A DNA stretch of 22,495 bases, from the NCBI GenBank assembly GCA_046726415.1, contig JBKPAK010000056.1:1-22495 (forward strand), written 5' to 3'. The notes below the pieces were generated by a model. It was not told where the DNA came from. It saw only the letters and a list, made by a program, of their open reading frames with translations, and searched no databases. This DNA is from Candidatus Methylomirabilota bacterium (GTDB taxonomy: Bacteria > Methylomirabilota > Methylomirabilia > Rokubacteriales > CSP1-6). How positions within the stretch are numbered: the stretch's first letter is position 1; each line of letters begins with the position of its first letter. A program made the position numbers and the translations under genes. Of this stretch, positions 8,413-17,259 are shown in pieces.

Positions 8413-9329
8413 CGGCCGCCTCCGCGCCGCGCGGCAATGGCCGCGGCAAACGTGTCGCAATAATTCGCGTCGTAGTGCTCAGCGATCTCGCGGGCGGTCG
8501 TCACCCACACGTCGGCGTGGCCCGTGACGTAGTCCAGCATCTCGGCGAGCGCGTCCACGCGGTGGGGCTGGCCGATCAGGTAGGGATGGAGCGGCAGGCA
8601 CATGACGGTGCCCGAGTCGGCCCCTTCCGCGTAGAGCCGGTCGAACTGCGCCCGCACCATCCGGACGTACTGGCTCGGCGTGGCGGCCCCCTGGTAGAGG
8701 ACGGTGAAGTCGTTGATCTCAAGCGAGTACGGGAGGCTGATGAGCCGTCCCCGCGCGACCTTCACCGGCAGCGGCTGGTCGTCGTGAAAGAGGTCAAGGG
8801 TGTACTTGACGCCCTCCTCCGCCAGGAGGTCCATGGTGCGCTCGGTGTTGGTCAGGGCGGGCGCAAGCCACCCTGCCAGATCCTGGCCCGAGTACTTCTT
8901 GATGGTGGCCTTGACGTCGCGGATCATCGCCAGCTCCTGGTCCTCGTCCATCCCGTACGTGTAGCGGGTGTTGTAGACGCCGTGGGAGAACAGCTCCCAG
9001 TTGCGCTCGACGCAGGCGGCGATGATGTCGGGGAAGTGGTCGCAGAGGGCGACGTTCAGAGACACGCTGCCACGCACGCCATGGCGGTTCATCACGTCCA
9101 TCATTCGCCAGACGCCGGAGCGGTTACCGTAGTCGCGCCCACTGTAGTTCAGCACGTCGGGGATCGGGCGGAGCCACGCAGTGCGGCCGGGGTTCGGCGG
9201 GGGCTGAAGCTCGTAGAACTCGATGTTGGGCGCGCACCAGAACGCCAGGCGCGCGCCGCCAGGCCAGACGATCTTCGGGCGGTCGACGTAGGGGAAGTAG
9301 TCGTAGAGCTCGGGGTCGGCCTTGGCCAT
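8409..9329 (-). CDS. PuuE-like carbohydrate esterase 4 (polysaccharide deacetylase fold) hydrolase, copy 1
   Basis: Motifs WPGGARLA, NIEFY, RDYGNRSGVWR, ELFSHG, GWLAP, PYSLEIND and LHPYLIGQPHR. Confidence 0.92.
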   Translation of the reverse strand: MAKADPELYDYFPYVDRPKIVWPGGARLAFWCAPNIEFYELQPPPNPGRTAWLRPIPDVLNYSGRDYGNRSGVWRMMDVMNRHGVRGSVSLNVALCDHFPDIIAACVERNWELFSHGVYNTRYTYGMDEDQELAMIRDVKATIKKYSGQDLAGWLAPALTNTERTMDLLAEEGVKYTLDLFHDDQPLPVKVARGRLISLPYSLEINDFTVLYQGAATPSQYVRMVRAQFDRLYAEGADSGTVMCLPLHPYLIGQPHRVDALAEMLDYVTGHADVWVTTAREIAEHYDANYCDTFAAAIAARRGGGR

Positions 9330-9332
9330 GCC

Positions 9333-10007
9333 CTACTCCGGCCGCCGGTACTTGCGCAAGGAGTCGATCACCTCCGCCACCGGGACGACGTCGGCGTACT
9401 TCAGCGCCATGTCGTAGAGGTTCGCGAAGTGCGGGCTCTCGTGCTTGTCGGCCACGCACTCCTCGGGAACGATCGGCCGGTAGCCGTGGGAGAGGCTGTC
9501 CACCACCGTCGCCCGCACGCAGCCGGACGTCGAGCCGCCGGTGACGATCACGGTGTCCACCTTGTGCCAGACCAGGAGCGACGCCAGGTGGGTCTCGAAA
9601 AATGCCGAGGCCATTCGCTTGTTGATGATCACGTCGCGCTTCCGGTCCACGACCAGCCGGTCGTCCAGCTCGGCGCGGCGCGACCCGACCTTGATGTTCT
9701 GGAGCGAGTCCGGCGTGTTGGTCCGCGTCCCCCAGACGCCGCAGTCCTCGCCCGAGTCCATGTAGGCGACGTAGGTCCACACCACGGGGAGACCGTGCTC
9801 GCGGCAGAGCGCTGCGAGCTCGTTCACGTACTTGAGCTGCCGGGGGTCGGTCTCGTAGGCGGTGACGAACTCGCCCACGCCAGTGTAGGCCTTCTGGAGG
9901 TCGACGTTCACGAGCGCGGGCTTAACGCCGAAGCCGAAGCGCGGCCGGGTCGGCCGGGCCTTGACCTCCTCGTAGAGGTGGCGGGCGGTCTTGTTCGAGA
10001 GCTCCAT
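9333..10007 (-). CDS. Isochorismatase-family cysteine amidohydrolase (N-carbamoylsarcosine amidase / NicF-like)
   Basis: Asp-Lys-Cys triad in NVDLQKAY, INKRMASAFF and STSGCVRAT. Strong G-rich RBS (AGGAGGGGGGAGGG) before ATG 10007. Confidence 0.9.
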   Translation of the reverse strand: MELSNKTARHLYEEVKARPTRPRFGFGVKPALVNVDLQKAYTGVGEFVTAYETDPRQLKYVNELAALCREHGLPVVWTYVAYMDSGEDCGVWGTRTNTPDSLQNIKVGSRRAELDDRLVVDRKRDVIINKRMASAFFETHLASLLVWHKVDTVIVTGGSTSGCVRATVVDSLSHGYRPIVPEECVADKHESPHFANLYDMALKYADVVPVAEVIDSLRKYRRPE

Positions 10008-10030
10008 CGCAGTCCCTCCCCCCTCCTGGT

Positions 10031-10087
10031 TCAACTCGTCAGGAACTCGTTCCACTTGTCGGTGGTACACGAACTGCCGTGGTCGAC
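10031..10087 (-). pseudogene. 3' remnant of a paralog of the 11607-12770 substrate-binding protein
   Basis: Encodes RPRQFVY-(2-nt deletion)-TDKWNEFLTS*, versus KPKNQEYYTDKWNEFLAS* in the intact gene. Confidence 0.75.
10041..10060. repeat. 20-bp exact direct repeat, copy 1 (partner at 11617-11636)
   Basis: AGGAACTCGTTCCACTTGTC occurs at both positions. Similarity extends over about 10031-10068 versus 11607-11646. Confidence 0.95.
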
Positions 10088-10397
10088 AGTACTGCCTGCT
10101 CGCGACGGGGTCCTCGCCGGTGTGTCGCCTCACCCGGCCTGTCGTCGTCGATAGAATGTTGAGAAGCATGCCTGTAGCCCGCGAGCGGCTTGATGTTCCG
10201 GTCGATCCGGGTGGATTGCCGGCCTCGGGCGCCCAGGCGGCCGCGATTATGCCACGGGCGTGTTGCAAGCGCAGCCCCCGCATCTCGATCGGAAGATCGT
10301 CCGACGAGATGGACAAGTATGAGGACTCGGTGGGTTACCAGCCCTCGTGGCACTGAGCCGCGATAGGGCGGCGGGCCCTCTCGGGAAGGAGGTACAC

Positions 10398-11437
10398 GTG
10401 AGCGCACCTCGGACCATGTTCGAGAAGATCTGGAACCGGCATGTGGTCGCGGCCGGGCCCGGCGACTGGAGCCTGCTCTACATCGATCGGCACCTGCTCC
10501 ACGAAGGGGCGGGGGCGGCCTTCGAGCGGCTGGAGCGCGCCGGCCGGCGGCTGCGGCGGCCCGGCGCCTCGGTGGCGACTGCCGACCACTACACCTCGAC
10601 CAGCCCGGCCGACGCCGCGTGCGGACCCGGAGATCCGCCATGGTTGAGCGCCTCGCCGAAAGCACGAGGCGCCTCGGCATCACGAACTTCCCGGTCGGCG
10701 ACCCGTGTCGCGGCATCGTCCACATCATCGGGCCGGAGCAGGGAGTGACCCAGCCCGGGATCACCTTGGTCTGCGGCGACTCCCACACCTCGACCCACGG
10801 AGCCTTTGGGGCGCTGGCCTTCGGGATCGGGTCGTCCGAGGTCGAGCACGTCATGGCCGCGCAAGTGCCTGTGGCAGCGCAGGCCCAAGGTTATGCGCGT
10901 CACCGTGGACGGCGCGCGGCCCTTCGGCGTGACCGCCAAGGACGTGATCCTGGCAATCATCGCGCGGATCGGCGCGGCCGGCGGACCGGCCATGCCGTCG
11001 AGTACGGGGGCTCGAGCATCGCCAGCATAACCATGGACGAGCGGATGACCGTCTGCAAAATGTCCATCGAGGCGGGCGCCCGCGCGGGGATGGTGGCGCC
11101 CGACGAGACCACGTTCGCCTACCTGGAGGGGCGGCCCTACGCCCCGACCGTCGACCTCTGGGGACGCGCCCTCGCCTACTGGCGGACGCTCCCGTCCGAC
11201 CCCGGCGCCGTCTTTGACAGGGAGGTCGCGCTCGACGCGGCCGCGCTGGCGCCCACGCTGACCTGGGGGACGCGCCCGCAGGAGGCGCTTCCCATCAACG
11301 GGCGCATCCCCCGACCCGACGGCGGTGGCCGACGCCGCGCGCCGGGCGGCCGTGGAGCGCATGCTGGCCTACGTGGGGCTCGTGCCGGGGGCCCTGCTCA
11401 CCGACATCCGCGTCGACCGCGTTCTCATCGGCTCTTG
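10398..11437 (+). pseudogene. leuC: 3-isopropylmalate dehydratase large subunit, multiply frameshifted and 3'-truncated
   Basis: GGAAGGAGG RBS and GTG start. Motifs [73 protein letters not shown] and DRVLIGSC are spread over different frames, with shifts near 10620, 10860, 10985 and 11315. Homology stops after IGSC. Confidence 0.93.
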
Positions 11438-11444
11438 CGCTCGT

Positions 11445-11600
11445 AGGACTTGAGCTTCAAGTCGATCCCATGCTTGAGGGAAGATCCCTTCTCCACGCCC
11501 ACGAAGCTCGGCAGGTGGTTGAGGTTGGCCCCGACCGCCGCCACCAGCGTCACCGATTGCTGCGCCCACGCCGGCCCTGCCAATGTCGCCGCGAGCGTCG
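11445..11600 (-). pseudogene. N-terminal remnant of an SsuA/NMT1-type ABC substrate-binding protein
   Basis: Translates LAATLAGPAWAQQSVTLVAAVGANLNHLPSFVGVEKG(IF)[10 protein letters not shown]: a signal-peptide end plus the 'EKGxFxKHGxD' motif. It lacks a start codon and ends where the leuC fragment ends. Confidence 0.7.
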
Positions 11601-11606
11601 TGGAGC

Positions 11607-12770
11607 TCAGCTCGCTAGGAACTCGTTCCACTTGTCTGTGTAGTACTCCTGGTTCTTGGGCTTCGTGTTCCACACGAAGATCTTCGAGTTGCGGTCGGCG
11701 ACCGAGCCGCCGTCGCGCCCGACGCCGCCGTACCACTCGCGCACCTGCTCGGGCTTCAGGTACTTCTCATAGGTGTCCACGGGCGAGTAGAAGCCGAGCT
11801 CCGACTGGCGCGCCCCCGCAAACCCTTCCAGCCAGAAGTTGAACCACTCGTAGGCGCCCTCGACGTTCTTCGCCGATGTGCTCAGGCAGGAGCCGACCGC
11901 CCACGCGCGGTAGCCCTCGACGGCCTCCGCATAGCGACAGGGCACGCCCTTCCTCCGGACCTCCACGACAACCGGCCACCAGGCGTCCGCGATCCACACC
12001 TCCTGCGCGGCCATCAGGTTCACCAGCTCGCCGAAGGCCTTCCAGAGGGCGCGGAAGTGCCCCTCCTTCTTCTTCTCCTTGAGAAACAGGATCACGGTGT
12101 CCACTTCCTTCTCGGTCAGGTTGGTCAGGTCCTGGGCCTTCAGCAGGCCGAGCGCGTGCATGCCCAGCGCCGCGTCGAGCATGCCGAGCCAGTCGATGCC
12201 GTAGAGCGCCGCCTTCCCGCGCCACTTCGGGTTGAAGAGCTCGCCCCACGACAGGACGTTGTTCCTGGCCGGAACCCGGTCGGGGTTATAGCCGACAGAG
12301 TCGAACTGGTACATGTATGGGATGTACTTCGCCTTGGTCTTCTCCTTGTCCACGTACATCATGCGCCCGGGGTTGTCCCCGAACCCCGCCGGCGAGGACG
12401 GCGACGCCTGTCCTTCCCAGAACAGGCGGGGCGCCCGCTTCCAGTTGGGGACGCGCGAGAGATCGATGGGCGCGATCAGCTTCTCGTCCCACGAGTACTT
12501 CACGAAGTCCATGCCGGACTCGAGGGTGTCGACGGGGGCGACCCGCAGCCGATCGGCCCGCGCCTGCGCCGACGGGTTGAGCCACGGCTTCACGGTGATG
12601 CCGGTGCGCCGGGTGAACTCCTGGAGGATGACGTCACGCAGGTTGAACGTGGCCCCGACCACGTTCAGCTCCTTCACCTGCGCGAACCCCGGGGGGATCG
12701 GGCCACCGAGAGCCATCGCGCCGGCGGCCAGGGCGCCCTGCTTCAACACTTCTCTCCGCGTCGTGCTCAT
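11607..12770 (-). CDS. PotD/PotF-like ABC substrate-binding protein with Tat signal
   Basis: Twin-arginine motif TRREVLK. Motifs IAPIDLSRVPNW, SVGYNPD, SWGELFNPKWRGK and AYEWFNFW. GAGAGGAG RBS before ATG 12770. Confidence 0.92.
   Translation of the reverse strand: MSTTRREVLKQGALAAGAMALGGPIPPGFAQVKELNVVGATFNLRDVILQEFTRRTGITVKPWLNPSAQARADRLRVAPVDTLESGMDFVKYSWDEKLIAPIDLSRVPNWKRAPRLFWEGQASPSSPAGFGDNPGRMMYVDKEKTKAKYIPYMYQFDSVGYNPDRVPARNNVLSWGELFNPKWRGKAALYGIDWLGMLDAALGMHALGLLKAQDLTNLTEKEVDTVILFLKEKKKEGHFRALWKAFGELVNLMAAQEVWIADAWWPVVVEVRRKGVPCRYAEAVEGYRAWAVGSCLSTSAKNVEGAYEWFNFWLEGFAGARQSELGFYSPVDTYEKYLKPEQVREWYGGVGRDGGSVADRNSKIFVWNTKPKNQEYYTDKWNEFLAS
11617..11636. repeat. 20-bp exact direct repeat, copy 2 (partner at 10041-10060)
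   Basis: AGGAACTCGTTCCACTTGTC, within the 3' end of the intact binding-protein gene. Confidence 0.95.
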
Positions 12771-12835
12771 GAACCGCATCTCCTCTCTCGCTGTTCCGGG
12801 TTTTCGAGCGAGCGTGCTGTCCTTGCCAACTCCCG

Positions 12836-13675
12836 TCAGGCGGCGTCCGCCCGGCGCGTGCGCGTCCGGTGCTGGACGGTCCGGAAAAAAACGCTGAAGA
12901 GGGCGACCGCCGCCAGCGAGAAGACGGTGGTCACCGTGCCGATCGCGTACAGTGTCGGCTGAAGCTGCCGATCAAACTGCGCGAAGACCACGAGCGGCAG
13001 CGTCTGCTCGGAGCCGGTGGAGAACAGGCTCCGCGCGAACTCGTCGTAGGAGAGCGTGAACCCGAAGAGGCCGGCGCCGATCACCCCGGGCAGCACCAGC
13101 GGGAAGGTGACCCGCCAGAACGTCCTCCAGCGGTTAGCGCCGAGCGTCAGGGCCGCCTCCTCGAGCCTGGCGTCGAAGCGGTTGAAGGCCGCCAGCAGGG
13201 TGAGGAAGCCGAACGGCAGCGTCCAGACGACGTGCACGGCGAAGGTCGTCGTGTACCAGGCGAGCGGGATCCCGAGGAGTCGCGCCACCACGGCGACGCC
13301 AAACCCGACGAGGAGGCCCGGGGCCATGATGCCGAGCAGGACCAGGTAGAAGAAGAGGCCGCTGCCGCGGAAGCGAGCGCGGATGGCCTGGGCCGCGGCG
13401 AGCGCCAGGGCCGCCGTCGTCGCGGAGCAGGCGAGCGCGAGCACGAGCGAGCGGAGCATCGGCGGCTTGAAGTCGTCCACCATCTGGACGCGCGCCAGTT
13501 CGCGGTACCAGTGGAGCGAGACGCCGCGCATCGGGAAGGTCGGGCCGCCATCCGGCCCGGTGAAGGACAGGAGCGCCATCACCAGCATGGGGAACCACTG
13601 GTAGACGAGGAAAAGGACGGTGACCGCCCCGAGGGCGCCCGTCACCAGCCGCTGCCGCGTCCGCCAGTGGATCAC
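12836..13675 (-). CDS. ABC permease (PotC-like)
   Basis: GTG start overlaps the upstream TGA. Motifs SLHWYREL, LEEAALTLGA and FTLSYDEF. Confidence 0.93.
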   Translation of the reverse strand: MIHWRTRQRLVTGALGAVTVLFLVYQWFPMLVMALLSFTGPDGGPTFPMRGVSLHWYRELARVQMVDDFKPPMLRSLVLALACSATTAALALAAAQAIRARFRGSGLFFYLVLLGIMAPGLLVGFGVAVVARLLGIPLAWYTTTFAVHVVWTLPFGFLTLLAAFNRFDARLEEAALTLGANRWRTFWRVTFPLVLPGVIGAGLFGFTLSYDEFARSLFSTGSEQTLPLVVFAQFDRQLQPTLYAIGTVTTVFSLAAVALFSVFFRTVQHRTRTRRADAA

Positions 13676-14538
13676 GTGAGCCCCAGGCGCCGGATGTCGA
13701 CCATCTTCAGGAGCATCGCCACCCCGCCGAGCATGCCGAGCATGAGCAGCACCGCGATCACCGAGGCGAACGGGAGCTGGCCCGAATCGTACAGCAGGAT
13801 GACGAGGTTGCCGAGGAACGCGTGCTTGTTGCCGCCGATAGCCGAGGCCGTCGCGAAGTCGGCCATTACGTTGAGGAACACGAGGATCTGGCCGATGACC
13901 ACGCCAGGCAGCGTGAGCGGGAAGGTAATCCGCCAGAACACGCGGAGCGGCGTGGCCTTCAGGCACTGGGCGGCCTCGCGCAGCGAGGGCGGCACGTTGC
14001 GGAGTGTGTACACGACCGGCCCGGTCGCGAGCAGCGTGTAGAACGACACCTGCGCCAGCGTGATGCCGGTCCGCGAGTAGAGGAACACGCTCACCGGCTG
14101 GTCGACGACGCCCAGGAAGAGCAGCCCCTGGTTGATGACGCCGGTGACACCGAGGAACGGGATCCAGGCGATCGTGCGGATGAGGGCGCTCGTCCAGAAC
14201 GGGATCACGAGCACGAGGAGGAGCCCGAGCTGGAGCTGCGGGCGGCGCTCCTTGACGACCACGAAGTAGGCGATGCAGTACCCGAGCGGCAGCGTGATCG
14301 CCATCAGCACGAGCGCCTGCTGGACGGTATCGACGAGGAGCTTCACGTACGTGGGGCTGTTGATGAACTTGACGTAGTTGACCAGCCCCAGCGGGCTCGC
14401 GAGCGAAAAGGTTCGCGTGGCCCAGAACGATACCCAGACGATGAACACGGTGGGGACGATGAGGGCCCCCAGCATCCAGAAGGCGGCCGGCAGCGCCAGC
14501 ACGTAGCTCACGGGCGAGCGCGCGCGCAGCGTGCTCAC
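13672..14538 (-). CDS. ABC permease (PotB-like)
   Basis: Motifs IPFWTSALIR, LREAAQCLKA and ITFPLTLPG. GTG start overlaps the ATPase stop. Confidence 0.93.
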   Translation of the reverse strand: MSTLRARSPVSYVLALPAAFWMLGALIVPTVFIVWVSFWATRTFSLASPLGLVNYVKFINSPTYVKLLVDTVQQALVLMAITLPLGYCIAYFVVVKERRPQLQLGLLLVLVIPFWTSALIRTIAWIPFLGVTGVINQGLLFLGVVDQPVSVFLYSRTGITLAQVSFYTLLATGPVVYTLRNVPPSLREAAQCLKATPLRVFWRITFPLTLPGVVIGQILVFLNVMADFATASAIGGNKHAFLGNLVILLYDSGQLPFASVIAVLLMLGMLGGVAMLLKMVDIRRLGLT

Positions 14539-15626
14539 GGCGTTCCGTCCTCGGGGAGATGGAGGACGCCGTCCTCCGGACGCCAGCCGAGCGTGACGTG
14601 CTCCCCTTCGCCGATCCGTGCCCTCGAGGCCGCGAACAGCTCGTACTTCAGCGTGATCCCGTCATCCAGCCGCATGTCATAGCGACGGATCGACCCCAGA
14701 AACTCGACCGCGTGGCACGTGGCGCGCACGCGGTTCGCGTGCTCCGGGCCGGGTTGGTCGGTCAGGACCTCGGCGCGGACCGAGAAGGACACGCGCGTCG
14801 CCGGCACCGGGGGCGGCCCGTCCCGCGCCGGCACGGCGAAGCTGCCGACGCCCGTCCGGACGCGGACGCGGTCGCCGTCGACTCCCTCCGCCACGCCGTC
14901 GAAGACGTTATGGCCCTGGACGAAGGTTGCCACGAAGCGCGTGCGCGGGCACTCGAAGATCTCCTCCGGCCGTCCCACCTGCTCGATCCGGGCGTGGTTC
15001 ATCACCACCACCTTGTCACCGAGCGAGAACGCCTCGTTCTGGTCGTGGGTGACCCAGATGAACGAGATCCCCAGGCGGCGCTGGACGTCCTTCAGCTCGA
15101 GCATGACCGCCTCGCGGAGGCTGAAGTCGAGCGACACGATCGGCTCGTCGAGGAGCAGGATCCCGGGCTCGGTGACCAGCGCCCGCGCGAGGGCGACCCG
15201 CTGCTTCTGCCCGCCCGACAGCGTGTCGGGCTTGCGCTCGGCGAGCTGGCCGATCTCGAAGGTCGCCAGGATCTCCTGCACACGGTGCCGGATCTCGTCC
15301 TTCGGGCGGTGGAGCATCTCCAGGCCGAAGCCCACCTGGCGCGCGACCGTCATATGGGGAAAGAGCGCGAAGTCCTGGAACATCATCGCAATGTCCCGCT
15401 GCCAGGGTGGCGTGTCGTTCACCGGCCGGCCGGCGATCCAGATCTCCCCTTCGTCCGCCTCCTCGAGGCCCGCGATGAGGCGGAGCGTCGTCGTCTTCCC
15501 GCAGCCCGACGGGCCGAGGAGGCACACGAACTGGCCCGGCTCAACCACGAGCGAGACGTCCCGCACCGCGACGAACGCGCCGAAACGCTTCGTGACGCGC
15601 TTCAGCTCGAGATCGTGGTCGGCCAT
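14535..15626 (-). CDS. ABC ATP-binding protein (PotA-like, with C-terminal TOBE-like domain)
   Basis: Walker A GPSGCGKT, FQDFALFPH, signature LSGGQKQR, Walker B ILLLDEP and VTHDQ. Start is uncertain (15626, 15656 or 15668). Confidence 0.93.
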   Translation of the reverse strand: MADHDLELKRVTKRFGAFVAVRDVSLVVEPGQFVCLLGPSGCGKTTTLRLIAGLEEADEGEIWIAGRPVNDTPPWQRDIAMMFQDFALFPHMTVARQVGFGLEMLHRPKDEIRHRVQEILATFEIGQLAERKPDTLSGGQKQRVALARALVTEPGILLLDEPIVSLDFSLREAVMLELKDVQRRLGISFIWVTHDQNEAFSLGDKVVVMNHARIEQVGRPEEIFECPRTRFVATFVQGHNVFDGVAEGVDGDRVRVRTGVGSFAVPARDGPPPVPATRVSFSVRAEVLTDQPGPEHANRVRATCHAVEFLGSIRRYDMRLDDGITLKYELFAASRARIGEGEHVTLGWRPEDGVLHLPEDGTP

Positions 15627-15720
15627 GAGGGCCGTCGGGGCTAGGGAGGGACGCATAGTCGAGAGCATCGACACCTCGCGCCCCAACCATCGGAGCGTGG
15701 GCTGACGAAATCTGCGGGTA

Positions 15721-15749
15721 CTGCTAGCACGGGGACCTGAGCCTGTCAA
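15721..15749 (-). promoter_or_regulatory. Putative sigma70 promoter of the Pot-like ABC operon
   Basis: On the minus strand: TTGACA (15749-15744), a 17-nt spacer ending TGC (extended -10), then TAGCAG. Confidence 0.5.
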
Positions 15750-15766
15750 CGGACCGCTGGAACCGT

Positions 15767-16603
15767 GTGACCGAATGTCCTCCTCATGCTGCGACCAGTC
15801 ACGTGGCCATCGAGCTCGGCATTACAGGGCCGTCCTTCACAATCTCGTCGAACTGCTGCACAGGCCTTGACGTCATCGGCCTCGGCCACGCCCAGATCTC
15901 TTCTGGTCTGTCGGACATCGTCATCGCCGGGGCCTGTGAGGCGCCCATCTCGCCCATGGTCGTGAGTACATTCTCAGCCCTCAAGCTCCTCTCGACAAGG
16001 AACGACGCTCCGACGCTTGCTTCTCGTCCGTATGATCGTGATCGCGACGGCCTCGTCTTGGGGGAAGGCGGCGGGGCCATCGTGCCCGAGGATCTGGACG
16101 GTGCCGTGAGCCGCGGTGCACCGATTTATGCCGAGGTCGGAGGCCATGCGACGGCGAACGAAGCCTCAGACATGAGGGACAGTGACCTCGATGGCGCCCT
16201 CCTGGCCACCGTCATCGATCAGGCGGTATCGAGAGCGGGGATTCACGGCTCGGACATCGACTACATCAACGCCCACGGCAGCGCCCTGCCCGACTACGAC
16301 GTCTGCGACACCAACGCCTTCAAGGCTGCCTTTGGAGATAGGGCCTATCAGATTCCGATCACCTCCATCAAGTCGATGATCGGCCAGGCCATCTCGGCGA
16401 GCGGCGCGTTCCAGGTCATCTCCGCGTGCCTCAGCATGCGAGACCATGTTCTCCCGCCGACCATCAATCAGGATGTACGGGATCCCGACTGCGACCTCGA
16501 CTACGTCCCGAACCACGCACGCCACTCTGTCGTCAACAACGTGCTCATCAATGCTCACGGCATTGGCGGCAGCTTGTCCGCTCTCGTGCTGAAGCGTTTC
16601 TGA
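15767..16603 (+). pseudogene. 5'-truncated FabF/type II PKS-like beta-ketoacyl synthase
   Basis: Motifs GITGPSFTISSNCCTG, SRPYDRDRDGLVLGEGGG, DYINAHGS, SIKSMIGQ, LPPTIN and DLDYVPN. At 278 aa it lacks the N-terminal third of a normal enzyme, and there is no RBS or room upstream. Confidence 0.85.
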
Positions 16604-17003
16604 TCTGGCCGCCCAGGCCGGACACACAGCTCCTCGAGATTGAGGGCTTTTCGAGGTAGGTCTGAAATCCTGCAAGGCGAGCCCGGATGAGCTCTTCCTC
16701 GGCAGGATAGCCGCTCGCGGCGATCGCTCGCACGTAGCTCGCCGACGATATGGTCCGGGCGTGGTCCATAAAGGCATATGCATCCTCGCCCGGCAGGGAG
16801 ACATCGCTGAGGCTGACGTCGGGAACGATCCGCTCGAGAGAGGCCAAGGCACTTGCCGTAGATGCGGCGACGGTGACGAACGCGCCGCAGAAGCTGAACA
16901 TCTCGTTGAGCACCGCACGGGAGTCCGTGTCATCCTCGCCGAGGAGTACGTGGAACCCCTTCAGAAGAACTTCATCGAGTTGGCCAGCCCATGGTCCGTT
17001 CAT
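16548..17003 (-). pseudogene. Stand-alone response-regulator receiver domain, probably degenerate
   Basis: Motifs VLLGEDD, PDVSLSDVSLPGED, AIAASGY and AGFQTYLEKP. After KP, a frameshift near 16645 restores the expected final helix (LNLEELC). The read-through tail overlaps the ketosynthase end. Confidence 0.75.
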
Positions 17004-17008
17004 TCTTG

Positions 17009-17203
17009 TCAGCGACGCCGATCCTCCGTCTCGAGGATCTCTGCCACGAGCGCCCCCAGGTTCTTCCCTTCGCGGAGAGCCCGAGCCGTCAGCCGTTCGG
17101 CCCGCTCACGCACCAAGACGAGCGTGACCACCAGCCGCACCCGATTGCGGATCATGGGTTTGCGGGCGACCGCGCGCCTAGCGATGGTCTCAGGCGTGCC
17201 CAC
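17009..17203 (-). CDS. Small hypothetical protein, ribbon-helix-helix-like
   Basis: VRLVVTLVLVRERAERLTARALREGKNLGALVAEILE has a beta-strand plus two helices pattern. Its stop lies 5 nt before the receiver ATG. Start is uncertain (17203 or 17155). Confidence 0.5.
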   Translation of the reverse strand: MGTPETIARRAVARKPMIRNRVRLVVTLVLVRERAERLTARALREGKNLGALVAEILETEDRRR

Positions 17204-17259
17204 GCCCAGAGGCTGCTAGGGAGAGGCGGCCGGCGGGACAGCCGTTCGGCGCGGCTTCT

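Noticed and set aside
10041..11636. 20-bp direct repeat as attL/attR or an IS target-site duplication
   Set aside because: No integrase or transposase lies between the copies, and the flanks differ at synonymous positions, which fits paralogous coding sequence better.
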